64,000 nt of DNA from Diadema antillarum (GCF_040938485.1 NW_027271156.1:558001-622000); one strand, 5' to 3'; positions 1-13,994 are shown, counted from the first letter of the stretch. Numbers and translations: made by a program. The notes: generated from the letters alone by a model not told the origin.

Positions 1-2989
1 CATCTGCATGATAAAAGAGCATCTTTACATCAAACCAGAGTCAATGTCCTTTCCTGGACAAAGAGCAAGTATTACAAAATTACACAAAGTACAGAGTCAT
101 CATAACATTTATTAATAGCATTAACATGATCAGAATTGAATGATAACTAAATGTTTTTCATCAAACTGTAATCCACCATGATGAGCCCCAACAAGCAATA
201 TCTTGTCATTCAGGATCATGCAATGCCATCATTAGGTGATTCGAGTATCCTCTCGGATCACCTTCTGTATCTGTACGGATTCTTTGTTCTTCTTCTTTCT
301 TCCTTTCTGGACAAAAGTTGTGTTTCGATTAGCTCAGAAAGTACTCTTCCTATCAATGCCAAAATTATACCATATATGTATCGTGTCCCAAAGACGACAG
401 ATCAAGTAAAATCATTGTGATCAGTCGACCGTGACGTCACTATGACGTCATTATATGAAAACATATTCTCAATCATATTTCATTAATGGAAAGGAATTTT
501 TCAATGAAATTTACGTCACATATAATTCAAGTTATGCGCATTCTACTAATTTTCTCAGAATTCATATTTTCTCTTAAAACGTGCGCGTACGCGCGCGTTG
601 AAATATTTGTATGCTCAAATCGAGCTCAAATTTTTATTGCACACGTTTCAGACCATTTGGAGCATTTTTTGAAAAATTGAAAAAATTGGACGGACGCGTA
701 CGCGCGCGCACATATACGCACGTACAGCTCATATGTAATAGAAATTTCCCGTTTTCTCACTCTTATCGGATGCCTGAAATGTCAAGGAATATTTCTACCA
801 AGTTTCAAGTCAATCCGACTCAATATGATGTCATACGGGCCCGTCAAAGTTGAAATTCCACGCGCGCGTCAATGGCGATATACAGTGCAACAATGCCAAA
901 AAACCGCCAATTTTAACCCCGATTTTACTCGTCAGGATGGACGGTGACCCCCCATTTTCTTTACATATTCTAAAAGCTGATGAGTTGTACATGTTATTTC
1001 ATGGGTTGGCGAAGCTGGAAAAATGATTAAAAGATATCAAATTTCTTAATAAAGTAAAAAAAGTAAATTTTCAAAATGACGTCATCAAATTTCAAGTTCA
1101 CTCGAGCGTATCTCACTTATCCTTTGCCAATTTACACCCAGATTTCATTATGTTGTAGCTTATTAAATGATCTTTCATTAATATAATTACAACATTTTGA
1201 TTGGATGACGGCATCACCTCGTAAAAATGGATTGAAAGTAATATTGTCAAATTTGACCAGTTTACGTGTTATCTCTATGGGAGAGCAGTTTTTCTGGCAG
1301 TGAAAATTGACATGACTCTTTTTTTCGAGCACTAGCTCACTTATGCTTCGGTGAATTTCTCCCAGATTTTAGTATGTTGTAGCTGAGACTTTGGGCTATC
1401 GTAACTGTGCCCTCCATTTTTTCATACGATGTCGGCATCACGTCGAAAAACTTGGTTGAAAATGGCACGAGGCTTCGATGCAGCGTCATTTTGCTTAATA
1501 CACGGGGCCTATGGAGAATGAAATAGGTCATTGCGTAGCGCATCCGACTCGTAATCCTAAGGTCCCTGGTTCGAGGCTCACCCCTGCCAATATTTTTTTT
1601 TTAATTTTTTAAACACTTTTTTTCTTCTTTTTCTTTAGCTAATCTTAATCTCCCTTTCCTTACTTTATCTTTTTCTGATTTTTTTATGCTTCTTCAAATT
1701 TCTATAAAACAACATAATTTTTTCTTTATTTTTCTTTCTTTCTACTACTTTCTGTGCAATAGATGAACAACAACAATGGCTATCAATCCCATATTTTGCA
1801 CATGTTTAGTACATGTCACGTACATTATTTCATAAAATAACAACTGCTTGATCGGACACCATCTTGGGTATGTAAATTAGGGTCAAAGGTCATAAATGTT
1901 TCATCCTGTATCTTGGTGAATACATGTCCTATCTTTCCCATATTTTGCACACGCAAAGACAATGTTACAAGAATCATTTCATAAAATAATCACTTTTTGC
2001 TTAGACGCCATCTTGGGTGTGCAAAGTGAGGTCAAAGGTCAAATATACTTCATTCTGTATTTCCGTTAGTGTATACGGAATTCGGTACCAAAGATGGCAG
2101 GTCTCACTCCCTTTTCTAAATGAGAATCCAAACATCACACGGCCAATGTCCCGTCAACACAGATGAAACCTGTATGGTCATGAATATTTGGATCAGGACT
2201 CATATCATTGATTTTCGAAGAGATCGGATCACCTAATTTGTCAGTGTTGACAAATTCCGGTTCTAGTTTGATATATGCTATTGTTTTCAGATCAGATGAA
2301 GTCACATTTTAGTATTTAATCGAGGATATAATCTCCCTCTTTGAACACATGCTGACTGCGATTCCGCTTCCCTGAGGAATGAAGTATGTGGAAACATGGA
2401 TGTGCATTCACAGTTCCAATTCCCTTGATTATAACCCTCACAAAACTAGACAGAAGAATGGTATAACATTGAAGCTGATAATAACTTAAGTCATTTCTGT
2501 GAATGACATGGCTGAATCTTGCAGATCTCTATGACTGGCACAACTGAACCAGTCCTTATTTGTTACCGAATGAGAGCTACTTACAATGTAGGTTAGTCTG
2601 TAACCATTTAGCAACTGGAGATTCCGTACATACTATGGCCTATTGTTCCCTAGAAGGTACAGCAATAATACTCCCATTTCGACAACTTTCTGAATAATGC
2701 AAAATAGCTCACATGTTTATTTCTTTCTATTACAGTGTATAAGTTATGTTAATTTGAAAGCCTATTAAGACTTTACCAAGAGACTTGTGTGTCACAGAAG
2801 TAATTCTGACATACTTTTGTTGACCTTTGACCTCTTTCCAAATACATATTATATATTCAAATGGAAACAATAACAATGGTAAAGCACAAAACTCTAAAAA
2901 TGCTGACGGGCAGTTTCGGACATTTCAGGGAGTGGAGTAATAAGATGAGTGGTTTGGGGCGGTTCAGTTACTTATGGGTTAAAACTCAC

Positions 2990-5900
2990 CCTGGTTCCTG
3001 ACTGGTCCACTGCCACTGAATCAACACTCTTTGCATGTCCTCGACACGTGTGCAATGGCCTGGCTTGCTTCTCATCCTCCTTCCACTCCCAAATGATCAG
3101 GGTCTGGTCATGTGATCCACTTACAAGCAAACTCTCAGAGCCACCTACAATGCACAATGAGCAAAATATAATCACAGGATGTGATTATATGTACTTGATA
3201 CCATTAAAGGTACCGTTTATCATCGGGAGCAGCGATTTAAAAATGTTCGAGTTATCACATTTGATGCACATTTGTAGGTCAGTTGTATCACTAAAATCCT
3301 ACCATGAAATGTTGGAATAAAGCCTAAAATATGAAAGATATGTCATTATTTTTCTTAATTAACCACAACTGTACCCAGTTTATTCCAGACACAATTTTAT
3401 TTTCACTACTGTTCACATTTTGTACATTTAACTATACTTAACATTGATTAAACTGAGTAACATTTTCAGTGGTCATTTCTCTCCCCAAGTCACATTTTAG
3501 AACTACATGTATTTTGAAGCACTAAAACTAGGGTTTTCCATTTCATCTGCAATTAGTAAATAATACCTTTAATGATACTGTTCAAAATTTGCTGTGTATC
3601 TGAAAGTTTACACTCCTCTGATCCACTTCATTCCTTGCCAGTGGATTAGTAGTCACGGCGACAATTCCTTGTAAACTTTTGATTCACAACATCCATAGAA
3701 ACAAGGTATTTATAAAACTTCAGGAAGAAGGCCCATCTCCATATGACACCACACAGAGGCTTGAAATATCTGAACATCATCAGTACACTGATGGGGAACA
3801 AACAAGTGGCACAAGGAAGACTGATGTCGACCCTTCAAAATGAGGATTGTATAAACTGTACACTGACACGAGAGCAGTTACTACAGCAGCCGGTGGGGTA
3901 TGATTAATCAGTGATGGCAAGCATTATAACCCATGCCCTACAGGAACCTGGTGGTCTGTGTATTAAGTCTATGGTGCTTTCAGAATTTAGTATGGAACTG
4001 GTTCATTATTCATGCATCCATTCGATGACTGCAAACATGTTAATACTGTAAAACATGATATTTTCACAGCATGAAATTTTCTCGAATTGAAGCCGACAGC
4101 CTTTTTTGCGAGTGGCCTCTAACATTCAGTGCATATACAGTGCTGTAGTGTAGACAAGACCTTTCACATGCCTTTTAATTTCGCGAATCCTAGCTCTCAC
4201 AAAATTTGCAAAATTAAAATGCATGCTAACATTCCTTATTTTACAGTAAATGATGCCGCAGATCATTTTTCGTTTCTGCAATTCACCTGTTGTGATCCAT
4301 TTGACACATTTCACAGGATCTGTATGATACTGTAGTGTCGCAACATTCTCTCCATTCTTTCCCCACAGTCGAACGCCGTTGTCATAGCAACCCGTAAGGA
4401 TTCTAGGGAGATAAACAGTGAACACTCACCATAATACAAATACTAAGCTTTTATCATCTTCATCTTCTTTTTTCTGGAGTTCTAAGCAAAATTCATACAA
4501 AATGGATGAGTCACTTCATTTTGGAAAACTTCGGTCACAAGTGCTGTACAGATTTTCATATTACCATCATTATCTAATGCTGGTTTATTGTTATGATGTG
4601 TATGTACAATGCTCAGAAACAACTTTGATGGTAACGCATAAAGTTATCAAATGTCCATTTGTAATTATCAAAAATATGGATAGACTACATAACAGAATAA
4701 CTGTTGTTATTTCAAACATTACAATATGATACACTTTTTTTTTACATGTGCACCTGTATGTCGACCATAGATGTGTATACTAAAATGTATTGGCATGTGA
4801 TATGCAATGTAACTCAGGACTAAATATGTGACCCGCTACAACAAAAGGATCCTAAAGTCGTTGACGGCTGAGCCGAGAAAATCGAGTTTGAAGTCACATC
4901 ATCAAAATTGGTCAAAACAATTGGATTTCTGTTTTTGGCATAATTTTGTAATCTAATGTTTTATCTATCATCTGCTGAAATTTCGAAGCTTAACCCTAAA
5001 AAGATTGGGGGGGGGGCCTAAAAGGCTCCCCCCTCTACATTTCGCGTGATTACTCTGCAACACGCAATGCTCTCGCTGCGATGCTCTAGGACTTTTTTCT
5101 TTCAAGTTTCCCGCACATTTTGACACAAAATTGGTGACGCCCGGGGGTACGGTTCTGAAGTTACATAACTTTTTGTACATGCATGTGACACCGAAAATGG
5201 CTCAAAAATGTGATTTTGTGTACAAAGTCAATGCAAATTGAGTTTTTTCACATGGTTCATATAAATATGCTTATCTTTACTCTCAATGGCTAAAATTAAT
5301 TTGTTTTTAGGAGTATCATGCTTGAAAAAGTGTCTGCCACAAATTTTGTTAAAAAAACAACAAAAACAAACGGTCGAAAAAACAAAGAAATACATAAGAA
5401 ATTCATAAAACAATAAAATAAATAAGAAATTAATTTTGATACCAAATTTTTTTTCAAGTACATTTGCTAAGAATGCCACAAAGAATAATTAGACCAAAAA
5501 TGAGCACTTTTGGAATTTTATTTACTGATTTAGATCAAAGAGTCTGATTTCTCGCATAAATTAGCATAATTAATCAAAATAAAAGAAAAGAAATCTTGTA
5601 GATTACATCGCACACTACCATTGTGCAAATTTTCGCGGCGATGCTCAAGGGATCGTATAGTTTTGGTTGAGACCTAATTTCAGGTTTCTAAAATTTTTTG
5701 GTGAGATAATGAGAAACCTCATATGAAATATGAAAGAGCATGTGATTCCATGAGGAATTCAATATTTATTTGATGAAAATTGGTTTTGAAATGGCTGAGA
5801 AATCCAAAACAGAGCAATTCTAATAAAGTGTGGGACCCACACTTTATTACGATCGCTTTGTTTTACTTTGTTTTTGGATCTTTCAGTCATTCCAAACCTG

Positions 5901-8900
5901 AATTTCATCACATAAACTTTGAATTCCTCTTAAAATGGTATGCTCTGTACTATTTCATAAGTGTTTTCTTGGTTTCTTGCAAAAACCTAAAAGCCCCATT
6001 CTCATCTCCACCAATACTGTACTATCCCTTTAAGGGGGGGGGGGGCCTTTAGGCCCCCCCAGTCTTTCGAGCTACCAAAATAGCCCAGTCTTTTTAGGGT
6101 TAATGATCAAAGGAAAGGCAAGAAATCAGCGTTTTTCTGGACTATGATTTTCTGACTTTCAACGTAACAGAAACGTGTCCGAAGATTTGTATTTTTAGCG
6201 CCGCAGCTAGACTCCGCCCCTAGCAACGAGGGAGTGAAGTGATCTTATTGGTCAGTGCGTGGCATCCTGAAACTGATTGGTCATGCGTAGACCGCTGGCG
6301 CTAAGCTTGAATGAACATCGCGGAGGTCGCTAGGAGCATGCCTTCTATTGTCCAGCGGTGAAAACTGTCTCGCCTCCCTTTGATCATGACTGCGTCAGAA
6401 GGAAAACTTTGAAGGCGATTTTCTCCAAACTCTAATTTCCTCAACCACTTGACATGCGCTAATAAAATCATCAATATCTCCGCAACCGAGTATTTTTATA
6501 AGCTGTGCTATATATGAAATTAAAGTAGAAGAGTAAGGGAATAATGTCATGCCATTTTTAGAAAATTGTCCTTCCCCAACTTTCGGATCCTTTTGTTGTA
6601 GCGGGTCACATACATGTATATCTTTAACACTTTTGTATACCGGTAGTGCAATCAAATCATCCGGCTGGTTGAATGGTCTCTCTGTTACATTGTTCAACCT
6701 TCCGAAGTGTCGTTATTGTATAAACAATTTGAAAACCCACAACAGGTGAAATTGACCACTGACCTTCAACTGTATTCAATTAAGAATAGTGTGATTAAAA
6801 CTTAATAGGTCTATACATCTGGACAAGGTTCAAATTCATATGTATGCCAGAAACTCCGATGAATTCATTGCACGTTCTCCACACAGATGCTAATAAGCAG
6901 TGAAATGCCAACATGCAGATCTCCTCCCCTCCCCCCCCCCCCCCCCCCATCCATTTAGGTTGGAATTTTGAATACGAATACCAGGATACTTAACTACACG
7001 TACCTACGTGTATGTAATTTTCCTAGCTACACACATAGGAAGGCATGACCATAAGCTAAGTATGTAATCCCAATCCCAACCATACATGCAGATGTGTACA
7101 ATTTTTCTTTTTTCCCTGAGCTGTTAGAACCTGGAACCTCCTGTAATGTTGGGTCACACATGCTCCAAGCAAAGGGGCATGTGTTTTTACTTGCACCATG
7201 CACAGTCACTTTAACCCATTGAGGACGAGTCCCGAGTATACTCAGGCAGGGGTCTATGGGAAATGCGTGTTGTAGCTAAATCAGTCCGTCCTCAACGGGT
7301 TAATTGTACATTAGTGACATTTAAAATCATCCTGCTCACCATGTCACCTCTCACTGACGCAAAACACTTCTGTCATCCCGGGATAGTTCCAAGGAGCTGC
7401 TGAAAGGTGTTAATGCTTCAAAGTTCAAGGTTCAAGACATGGGCCTTGTGACTTATAAGAGGATGTAGACTGCACAATTTATACTAACCTGTCATTCCAT
7501 CCATGAATAGCACTAACCCAATCGTCATGCAGAATGCTCCCCACTGGTTCAGGGGCAGCCTGCTTCACAACATACTCCACCTCAACGACTGTTTCGGTAG
7601 AGATGCCGCTAGCCTCGAGGTGACTGGCCAGGGGCAGTCGAAGGAACTCTCCATCGATGAGGAAGTCAAAATCCACATTCTGAATGTCTGCCTCTGCCTT
7701 ATCTGTCCATCAGTGAAACAAAAAGGACAATGCAATGACCTAAAGTTTGTAGCATGTATCTGTTTTCAGAGCGCTTCAGAATACTGTAAAATGAGGAATG
7801 TTTGTGTGCAATTTAATTTCGCGAGAGCCAAGATTTGTAAAATTAAAATGAACATGAAAGTTCTTGTCTACACCATACACATAGAATGTTAGAGGCAACT
7901 CGTGAAAATTTTATGCTGCGAAAAACAGCCATCGACTCCAATTCGCAAAAATTTCATGCCGCGAAAATATCGTGTTTTACAGTAAATCATAAAACATCAT
8001 GGAGATCTATATCACACAATGGCATATGACAGAAGCAAATGATTAGAGCATGAGAATATGCAATTTTATATCATCATCTTCAACAGATAATGAAATTGGT
8101 CCATACAATTGTACTTCAACACCTACCTGTGTCGGTTCACTGTACATCACCTAATGCACAAATTCGCATGTAATTAATACACACTCATACATTTTGTAGA
8201 TGAAACCTGGGGATATTTATCTGGTAGCACTAGGATTAGACAGTTTACATATTCAAAAATGGAAAATATCGTTATATTGGGATATCTATCTGTTAGTACT
8301 AGGATTAGACAGTTGAACAAAAGTATCATTTAAATTGCATAAATCTATGAAAAAAAAGCAATAAAAAAAGTTTAAAACCCCAAATAACATTCAACATTTT
8401 TTAATATTATTATAGGAAAATGAATTTTACCTTCATTTAGGAGCTTGTTGATGAGAGAACTGAGTTCTGGGACACCCACATTCGCCGGCACAGAAAATGG
8501 GGTATCAGAAACACGGTATCTGCAGCAGGATCAAGAATGTTACAGGCAAGAATAAGATTACAGAATCATTAGACACTGCAATAATGACCACGTTTAATCA
8601 GTGAAGGACTGCTCTACCTGAGATGAAAGTTCTTTGCCATTACAATCTTATCAACTGATCTGCACTTATAATGCAATGCATATTTGTTATGACCTGTGTG
8701 GACTTGAAAATGTCAGTCTTCCATTGAAACTGAATTGCAATTTATAAAAGAAACTAAATTTAGAAATGTTGTTTATGTGTTGTAAGGGTGTAGAATTCTT
8801 TTTTTCTGTCTTTCTTTGGTTCCCAGAGGTAATAATTAGGTTAAAGGTTCTACAGCAAGAAAATTTGTGTAAGGCCAAGTAAAAAAAGAAACCAGTTTCT

Positions 8901-11900
8901 CGTCCTCGCGCGCATCGATTTTGGCCGCCGCATCGATTTTTTTACTATTTACTATTTACTATTTTCAAAATGGCGCTGAAAATACCAAGAAATTCATAAT
9001 TCTCGTCCCAGCCCGCTCCCCGCCCGCATCGATTTTCACTTGCCGCATCGACTTTTTTGATATTTACCGTTTTTTCGGCCGCCGAAAAAAAAATCGACAA
9101 TTCACCTACCAATCGTGATGTGGATCATTTATAATTATGCCTTGCGTCCTCTACTTGGCTGTAGTACAGCTGTAGCTTCTGTAGTGCGTATGTATTATAA
9201 AATGGGTTCAAGAATGTAGCCAATTGGAAGCGCTGAAATGAGTCACGTGTGCGTGCATTAATTTTTACTATCATGCACGGCCTTGCAAAAAAGCGTAAAG
9301 TCACTGACGTCACAATGTTTACACTAGCAGTGCGCACTTAATCAGTTGTTACAAGTGCGTCGCGCGCTACCATACGCGCTGTCAATCCTGTAAACAACTT
9401 CTCGTTCGGGCTGCCAGCCGGCCTTTCTTGTGCACAACAATCATGTGGCGTACGTATACGCTTATACGTACAGTACTTACATGTGCGGGATTTCCGAGTG
9501 CGACGTGCGTAAATGTTTGGGACAAACATCCTCGGACGTCTTGACCCACAAAGGTACGTGAAAAACGCTGACAAATGCTGTTAGTTTTCGAATTTTCGAC
9601 CCATTTTATAAAACAAATGATGCACAGGATTATTTCGTGGCGTTAGTGGAGGCGTAGCTCACTCTCGGGTATTTACAATGTAGTGCAACATGCACTCGGC
9701 TTCGCCTCGTGCATGTTTCACAATTGTAAATACCCTCGAGTGCACTATACGCCTACACTAACGCACTCTATCCTGTGCATCATTTGTATATTAACACATG
9801 CATTTCACACTGCGAGCTCGCGATCGGCAAGAAGGAATGACCCACAAAGCAGTCGAACTGTAGTTGGATGGGCGCAGGCGGGCCTGGGCTAGCTGTGATG
9901 TACAGCGCACTCGGTAAGTCGTGAACGCGATAGCGGCAACATTTTTTTTTTGCGATCAATCGCTGATATTCCACGCATAGTTCGCGTATTGTTCGTATTT
10001 TTCCCTGTTTCTCATATTTCAAGCGGATGAATTGTACTGTACAAATGCTTGTGAGGATTGTATTGTGTTTGTATACTTTTTCATGTCATTGTGACTATGT
10101 GCATGTGTGGGCAGTGTCGGAAGGAACGGTGCCGGTGCAGTGGCCCCTTGGTAGCCGTGCCACACCGTATTGGCAAAGTGCGCGTGTCTGTAGCTGTCCA
10201 GGGTCGGTCACCAGTACCATCCCCTGGGGCCCGTTGCATAAAACTCCAACCGGATTTTTTTCCGGTTGAAATCACAAAATTCCGGTTGGAAGCTCCCAAC
10301 CAGAGTTTTTATGCAACGGATTTTACATTCTTAGGTTAGCAACCTTAAAAAATTCAGGTTGGGCAAATCCCAACCTGAATTTTTTAAGGTTGCTAAAAAA
10401 GTTTGATGCAACGGGACCCAGGTCTGTCAGCTGTCTGCACGCACGCATGAACACATTCAAATGTGTAGAAGCCTGTACACTCTGCTCTGTAACGTTGCAT
10501 CGCCGACGGCGATTTATTGTTCTATTTTGAAGAGAAAATGAATGCGCTTTTTCAGCAAATGTAGAATTATCAAATGGGTGTATCTACAAAATAAATAACT
10601 TTTCCACGGATTCTGGTTTGTCTCGTATTTCTGCGGGATACTTTTCTTTACGATGTAAATCCACGGACACGGCCGTGAGTCGTATCATCCGCAGTGTGGT
10701 ATACAATCATTCATCATCCAAATGATGAGTGATTATCAAATGTCTTTTTAGAACATGAAGAAGCATCTTTGAATGTTTAATGCTATAATGCCATATCAGT
10801 ATCATTTTGACATCCATCTGCAATTGTACAACAGTTTCCAGTTGAATGTGCTACAATACTGTGAAGAAATGTAGATACATACCAGCTGTGTGGACACAAA
10901 AAGTCACAAACACCAATGATGAATAAAGCAGTGTTTTGAATATCATGGAATTTATTTCAGTCGTACATTCTTTGTTGAAAGACATGTTTTATACCTGTTT
11001 CATTTAATAGCACAATACATCAGAATTGCAAGTACACTGGTATCAGAAATGCCTTTACAACACTAAATACCAGTATTAAGATGGTCATTTTCCCTTGACA
11101 TCTGTAGTGGAAAGAAAAAGCAAATGTATTTCTGCATGCATGAAGTTTCATTTCAAGTATGGTACATACTAGTAATCTATTTGTTTGACAATGCACAGAG
11201 TGCAGGCAAGACATACACTTGGGACCTGGTCTCTCATTACACAGCTACCAGAGTGATATTTCATTTCATAAATTGGATATAGAAAATAGTAAAGCCCTCT
11301 CTCGTTACCTTTCTCAGAATTACCGGACGAGAAACACATATTACTTTCATTTTGACAATCCTCGAAAAAATAGTAAGATATCAAATAGTAAGGACCTCCC
11401 TCATCGCCTTGCTCAAAAAACCCGGACGAGAAACTACTATCTTTTTTTACTTGGCCTAAACTAAGACAAGGTGATCCCACATCGTGAACTACCATGCACT
11501 GAGCAGCAGGCAAGCTTCTCTTGCTATTTGTGTTCCTAACAGTTGCTGAAAAGCAGTTGCTGAACAGGCTTTGATGAGAAGTACCTAACCCCGGGACGCT
11601 CCGTATACACAGTTACACACTGTGGGAGCGTCCTGAGTCAATAGAGTGCTATATCGGTAAGCTTGAAAAACATACACAGTCTGTCACAGATTTTCGCACC
11701 TCCGTAAGTTTCGAATATCACGAGGAAAAAACGTACTTTTATAGTATATACATAAGATTCTTATCTAATTAATACCCTTCGTTCACCTTGTTCTTGTTCA
11801 CACTGGTCCAATGATCTTGAAAAAACGTTTTTTTCACGGCCATATACGGGTCCGTAGTCCTAGCTCCCCATCCCATTCACCATTTTCGAAATCAGTATGC

Positions 11901-12728
11901 AGTACACTGCGCACGTAAATATTCATGTGCTGGCGGAGTCGCAATGCGTTTAGCCTTCTGACAAGGCCTGCGCGCGCGCACCCACCCAGAAAGCAACGCA
12001 ATATACAGCGAGAGGGTTTGCCAACAGTATGATAAGGCCTTGCCACAAAGCTACACGACTTGACGGCCAGCGCATGCGCACAAATCTCAAATCCATTGAC
12101 TGTATAAGATGTAGTTCTCCCGAGTTCCTCTCGACCGAGTCGCATTTAACTCATCAAACCGAGCAGAAAGGGACTATTGCCAGAACCAAAAGTTGAACGC
12201 AGTCAGTCTTCAACATTACATCTTCACCTGTAAGTCTTCATATTGCAGAATTTTTGCGATTTCATATTGATTTTTAGGCGCTATACTTCGCCTGTCATGA
12301 TCATGTCTGCTACAATGCGCAGCCCCAACACTGCGTGTTGGGGCTGGTCGCAGTTAAGAAGTACCATACATTGTATGTTGTCCATAGAAGTAGAAATATA
12401 AAGTAATAGGCGGTACTATGTATAAGTGACAATGCAACATGTGATAAGGTCATTGCTGCCCACCTCACACAGCGATTTTGACACATCAAACACAGTGCGA
12501 TATCACGTACCTCTGCAGTGCTCCCTAACGTTACTGCAGAACCAGAATTATCAAGTTACATTTACGATGTTGCATCACAGAAAATTGCCACGAATGATCA
12601 TGGCGCAAAATTTGAGGACGTCTGCTATGAGTATAAATTACAAATATTTTGTAGAACACAGTCTAGCTGGAATACACACAAAAAAAAAATGTTGGAAATC
12701 TAACGAACGATAGTTGTGAAAATGTCTT

Positions 12729-12766
<38 letters not shown>

Positions 12767-13466
12767 TTCAACTCTTGTATAGTGTCACTTTAGTTTAGTC
12801 TACAGAGGAGAGCCGTAAAAGCAAAAAACAAAACAAAAAATCCTTCAAACAGACCGATTTTTCTGTCTACAATGTAGGTCGGTGAGCATGTGATAAGGTT
12901 AACTGCGACCAGCAGCCCCATACCATACGCATACCCTATGCGTATGGGGCTGCTGGTCGCAGTTACACTAGTGATAACTGATATTGATAAGGTGTGTGAT
13001 TTAGACAGAAAGATCCGTCTGTCAAGAGGGAGTCTTTTATTTATTAATTAGGATTAAATTTATTATATTTTTTTTACATTATCGCTCTCCTCTGGAGGAG
13101 GAGGGATCCGTCAAGCTAGACGCAGTCTCCGCGGAACTTTTCCCCGACGACCAGATACAGACCGATCTTTCGGTCAAGGTGTGATTGGATTTGGAGACGC
13201 AAAACGATTTATAGCAGTGCAGTGAAAACAGCACATGTTGCTCCGCGTGGGACCACGCTGAAGTCTGAAGAGCGCATTCTTCTTGACAGAAATTATCAAA
13301 GCATATCCAGAAAGAATTAATGGTGAGATGATCATTTTTATAATAAAATTCCTAAGATCTACGATCTTAACTAGAAAGTGTAATGCACCATAACTTACAG
13401 TTCTTGTTTCGTGAAGAATCGAGTTTGTTGATACGCTCCCACGTTGTCTTCACTGTGCGACGCCAT
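2990..13466 (-). CDS. WDR12: Ribosome biogenesis protein WDR12 (Ytm1 homolog), 5' part; remaining exons not found and probably lie beyond the window start
   Basis: Exons (minus): 13399-13466 (MASHSEDNVGAYQQTRFFTKQE), 8431-8519 (YRVSDTPFSVPANVGVPELSSLINKLLNE), 7489-7702 (FDFLIDGEFLRLPL...LHDDWVSAI), 4287-4402 (ILTGCYDNGVRLW...HTDPVKCVKW), 2990-3144 (LVSGSHDQTLIIW...CRGHAKSVDSVAVDQSGTR). All junctions are GT-AG with matching phases, giving 642 nt = 214 codons. The ubiquitin-like NLE domain followed by WD40 repeats matches WDR12 as I recall it. Confidence 0.93.
4044..4248. mobile_element. MITE with TACTGTAAAA...TTTTACAGTA ends (copy 1)
   Basis: Terminal inverted repeats including TA. An inverted related copy lies at 7782-7984. 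Confidence 0.7.
4994..6099. mobile_element. piggyBac-type non-autonomous element nested in 4827-6610
   Basis: TTAA at 4990-4993 and 6100-6103; TIR CCCTAAAAAGA(T/C)TGGG matches at 15/16 positions. Confidence 0.85.
5647..6032. mobile_element. AAAGGG...CCCTTT-family MITE nested in the piggyBac-type element
   Basis: Closely related to 13605-13994 (shared TATAGTTTTGGTTGAGACC, GAGATAATGAGAAACC, GTGGGACCCACA); ends in ATCCCTTTAA. Confidence 0.75.
7215..7299. mobile_element. 85-bp piggyBac-type MITE
   Basis: TTAA on both sides (7211-7214, 7300-7303); TIR CCC(A/G)TTGAGGACG. Confidence 0.8.
7782..7984. mobile_element. MITE with TACTGTAAAA...TTTTACAGTA ends (copy 2)
   Basis: Same TIRs as 4044-4248; the internal sequence is related in reverse orientation. 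Confidence 0.7.
9613..9787. mobile_element. Foldback MITE nested in 8873-11456
   Basis: 18-bp perfect terminal inverted repeat ACAAATGATGCACAGGAT, with arms pairing imperfectly toward a central GGCTTCGCC. Confidence 0.7.
10227..10418. mobile_element. GG(G/T)CCCGTTGCA-family MITE, CWG flanks
   Basis: TIR matches at 11/12 positions; CTG/CAG flanks; related to 22685-22832. Confidence 0.65.
12900..12965. repeat. 66-bp near-perfect palindrome (mini-MITE)
   Basis: TAACTGCGACCAGCAGCCCCATAC ... GTATGGGGCTGCTGGTCGCAGTTA. Related ends occur near 12340-12355 and 63190-63205. Confidence 0.7.
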
Positions 13467-13604
13467 TTTTTTCTATGTTGTTGTTGTTTTGTTTTATTGT
13501 TCAGTGAATCGTAGTGGCGTTTTCCGTTTTCATCTCCGAGCGAGCGAGAATATTTACGTCATCCACGGTCATCCGTCAGTTTTCATTCGTTCTGCTGAAC
13601 GATT

Positions 13605-13994
13605 TTAAAGGGCTCATATAGTTTTGGTTGAGACCTAACTTCAAGTTTTTAACATTTTTGGGTGAGATAATGAGAAACCTCTTATGAAATATGAAAGAGC
13701 ATGTAATTCCAAGAGGAATTCAACGTTTATTTGATGAAAATTGGTTATGAAATGGCTGAGATACCAAAAACAGAGCTATAATAATAAAATGTGGGACCCA
13801 CATTTTATTACAATCGATTTGTTTTACTTTGTTTTTGGATGTCTCAGCCATTCCAAAACCAATTTTCATCAAATAAACTTTGAATTCCTCTTAGAATGGC
13901 ATGCTCTGTACTATTTCATAAGTGGTTTCTTGGTATCTCTGAAAAAGTTAAAAGCCAAATCCTCAGCTCTACCAATACTGTATCATCCCTTTAA
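13605..13994. mobile_element. TTAAAGGG...CCCTTTAA-family MITE just upstream of the WDR12 start
   Basis: Terminal inverted TTAAAGGG/CCCTTTAA; homologous to 5647-6032 and more distantly to 44090-44450 and 49789-50181. Confidence 0.75.

Larger units (their letters stand above)
4827..6610. mobile_element. Non-autonomous TIR DNA transposon with TA target duplication, carrying nested inserts
   Basis: Perfect 26-bp TIR TGTGACCCGCTACAACAAAAGGATCC at both ends, flanked by TA (4825-4826, 6611-6612). Confidence 0.85.
8873..11456. mobile_element. PIF/Harbinger-type non-autonomous element (2.58 kb) in WDR12 intron 1
   Basis: TAA flanks (8870-8872, 11457-11459); 33-bp TIR GGCCAAGTAAAAAAAGA....AGTTTCTCGTCC with 30/33 matches. 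Confidence 0.8.

Noticed and set aside
1520-1589. tRNA-like stretch (CTCGTAA loop, GGTTCGAG B-box-like motif, ending CCA)
   Set aside because: The acceptor and anticodon stems do not pair; at most a decayed tRNA-derived or SINE fragment, not a tRNA gene.
1-2989. Search for the next WDR12 exon (expected FCSGSWD-like motif)
   Set aside because: No matching frame was found; the purine-rich minus-strand stretch at about 240-350 does not translate to WDR12-like sequence.
11786-11843. Minus-strand mini-exon MAVKKTFFQDHWTSVNKNK as a possible WDR12 first exon
   Set aside because: It ends in phase 0 while exon 2 needs phase 2. The 13399-13466 exon has the right phase and the QTRFFT motif.
11880-12240. 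CpG-rich patch with GCGCATGCGCA (NRF1-like) and a plus-strand donor in WDR12 intron 1
   Set aside because: Similar motifs recur in repeats elsewhere (e.g. about 34400); the sequence gives no evidence that this is a real promoter.
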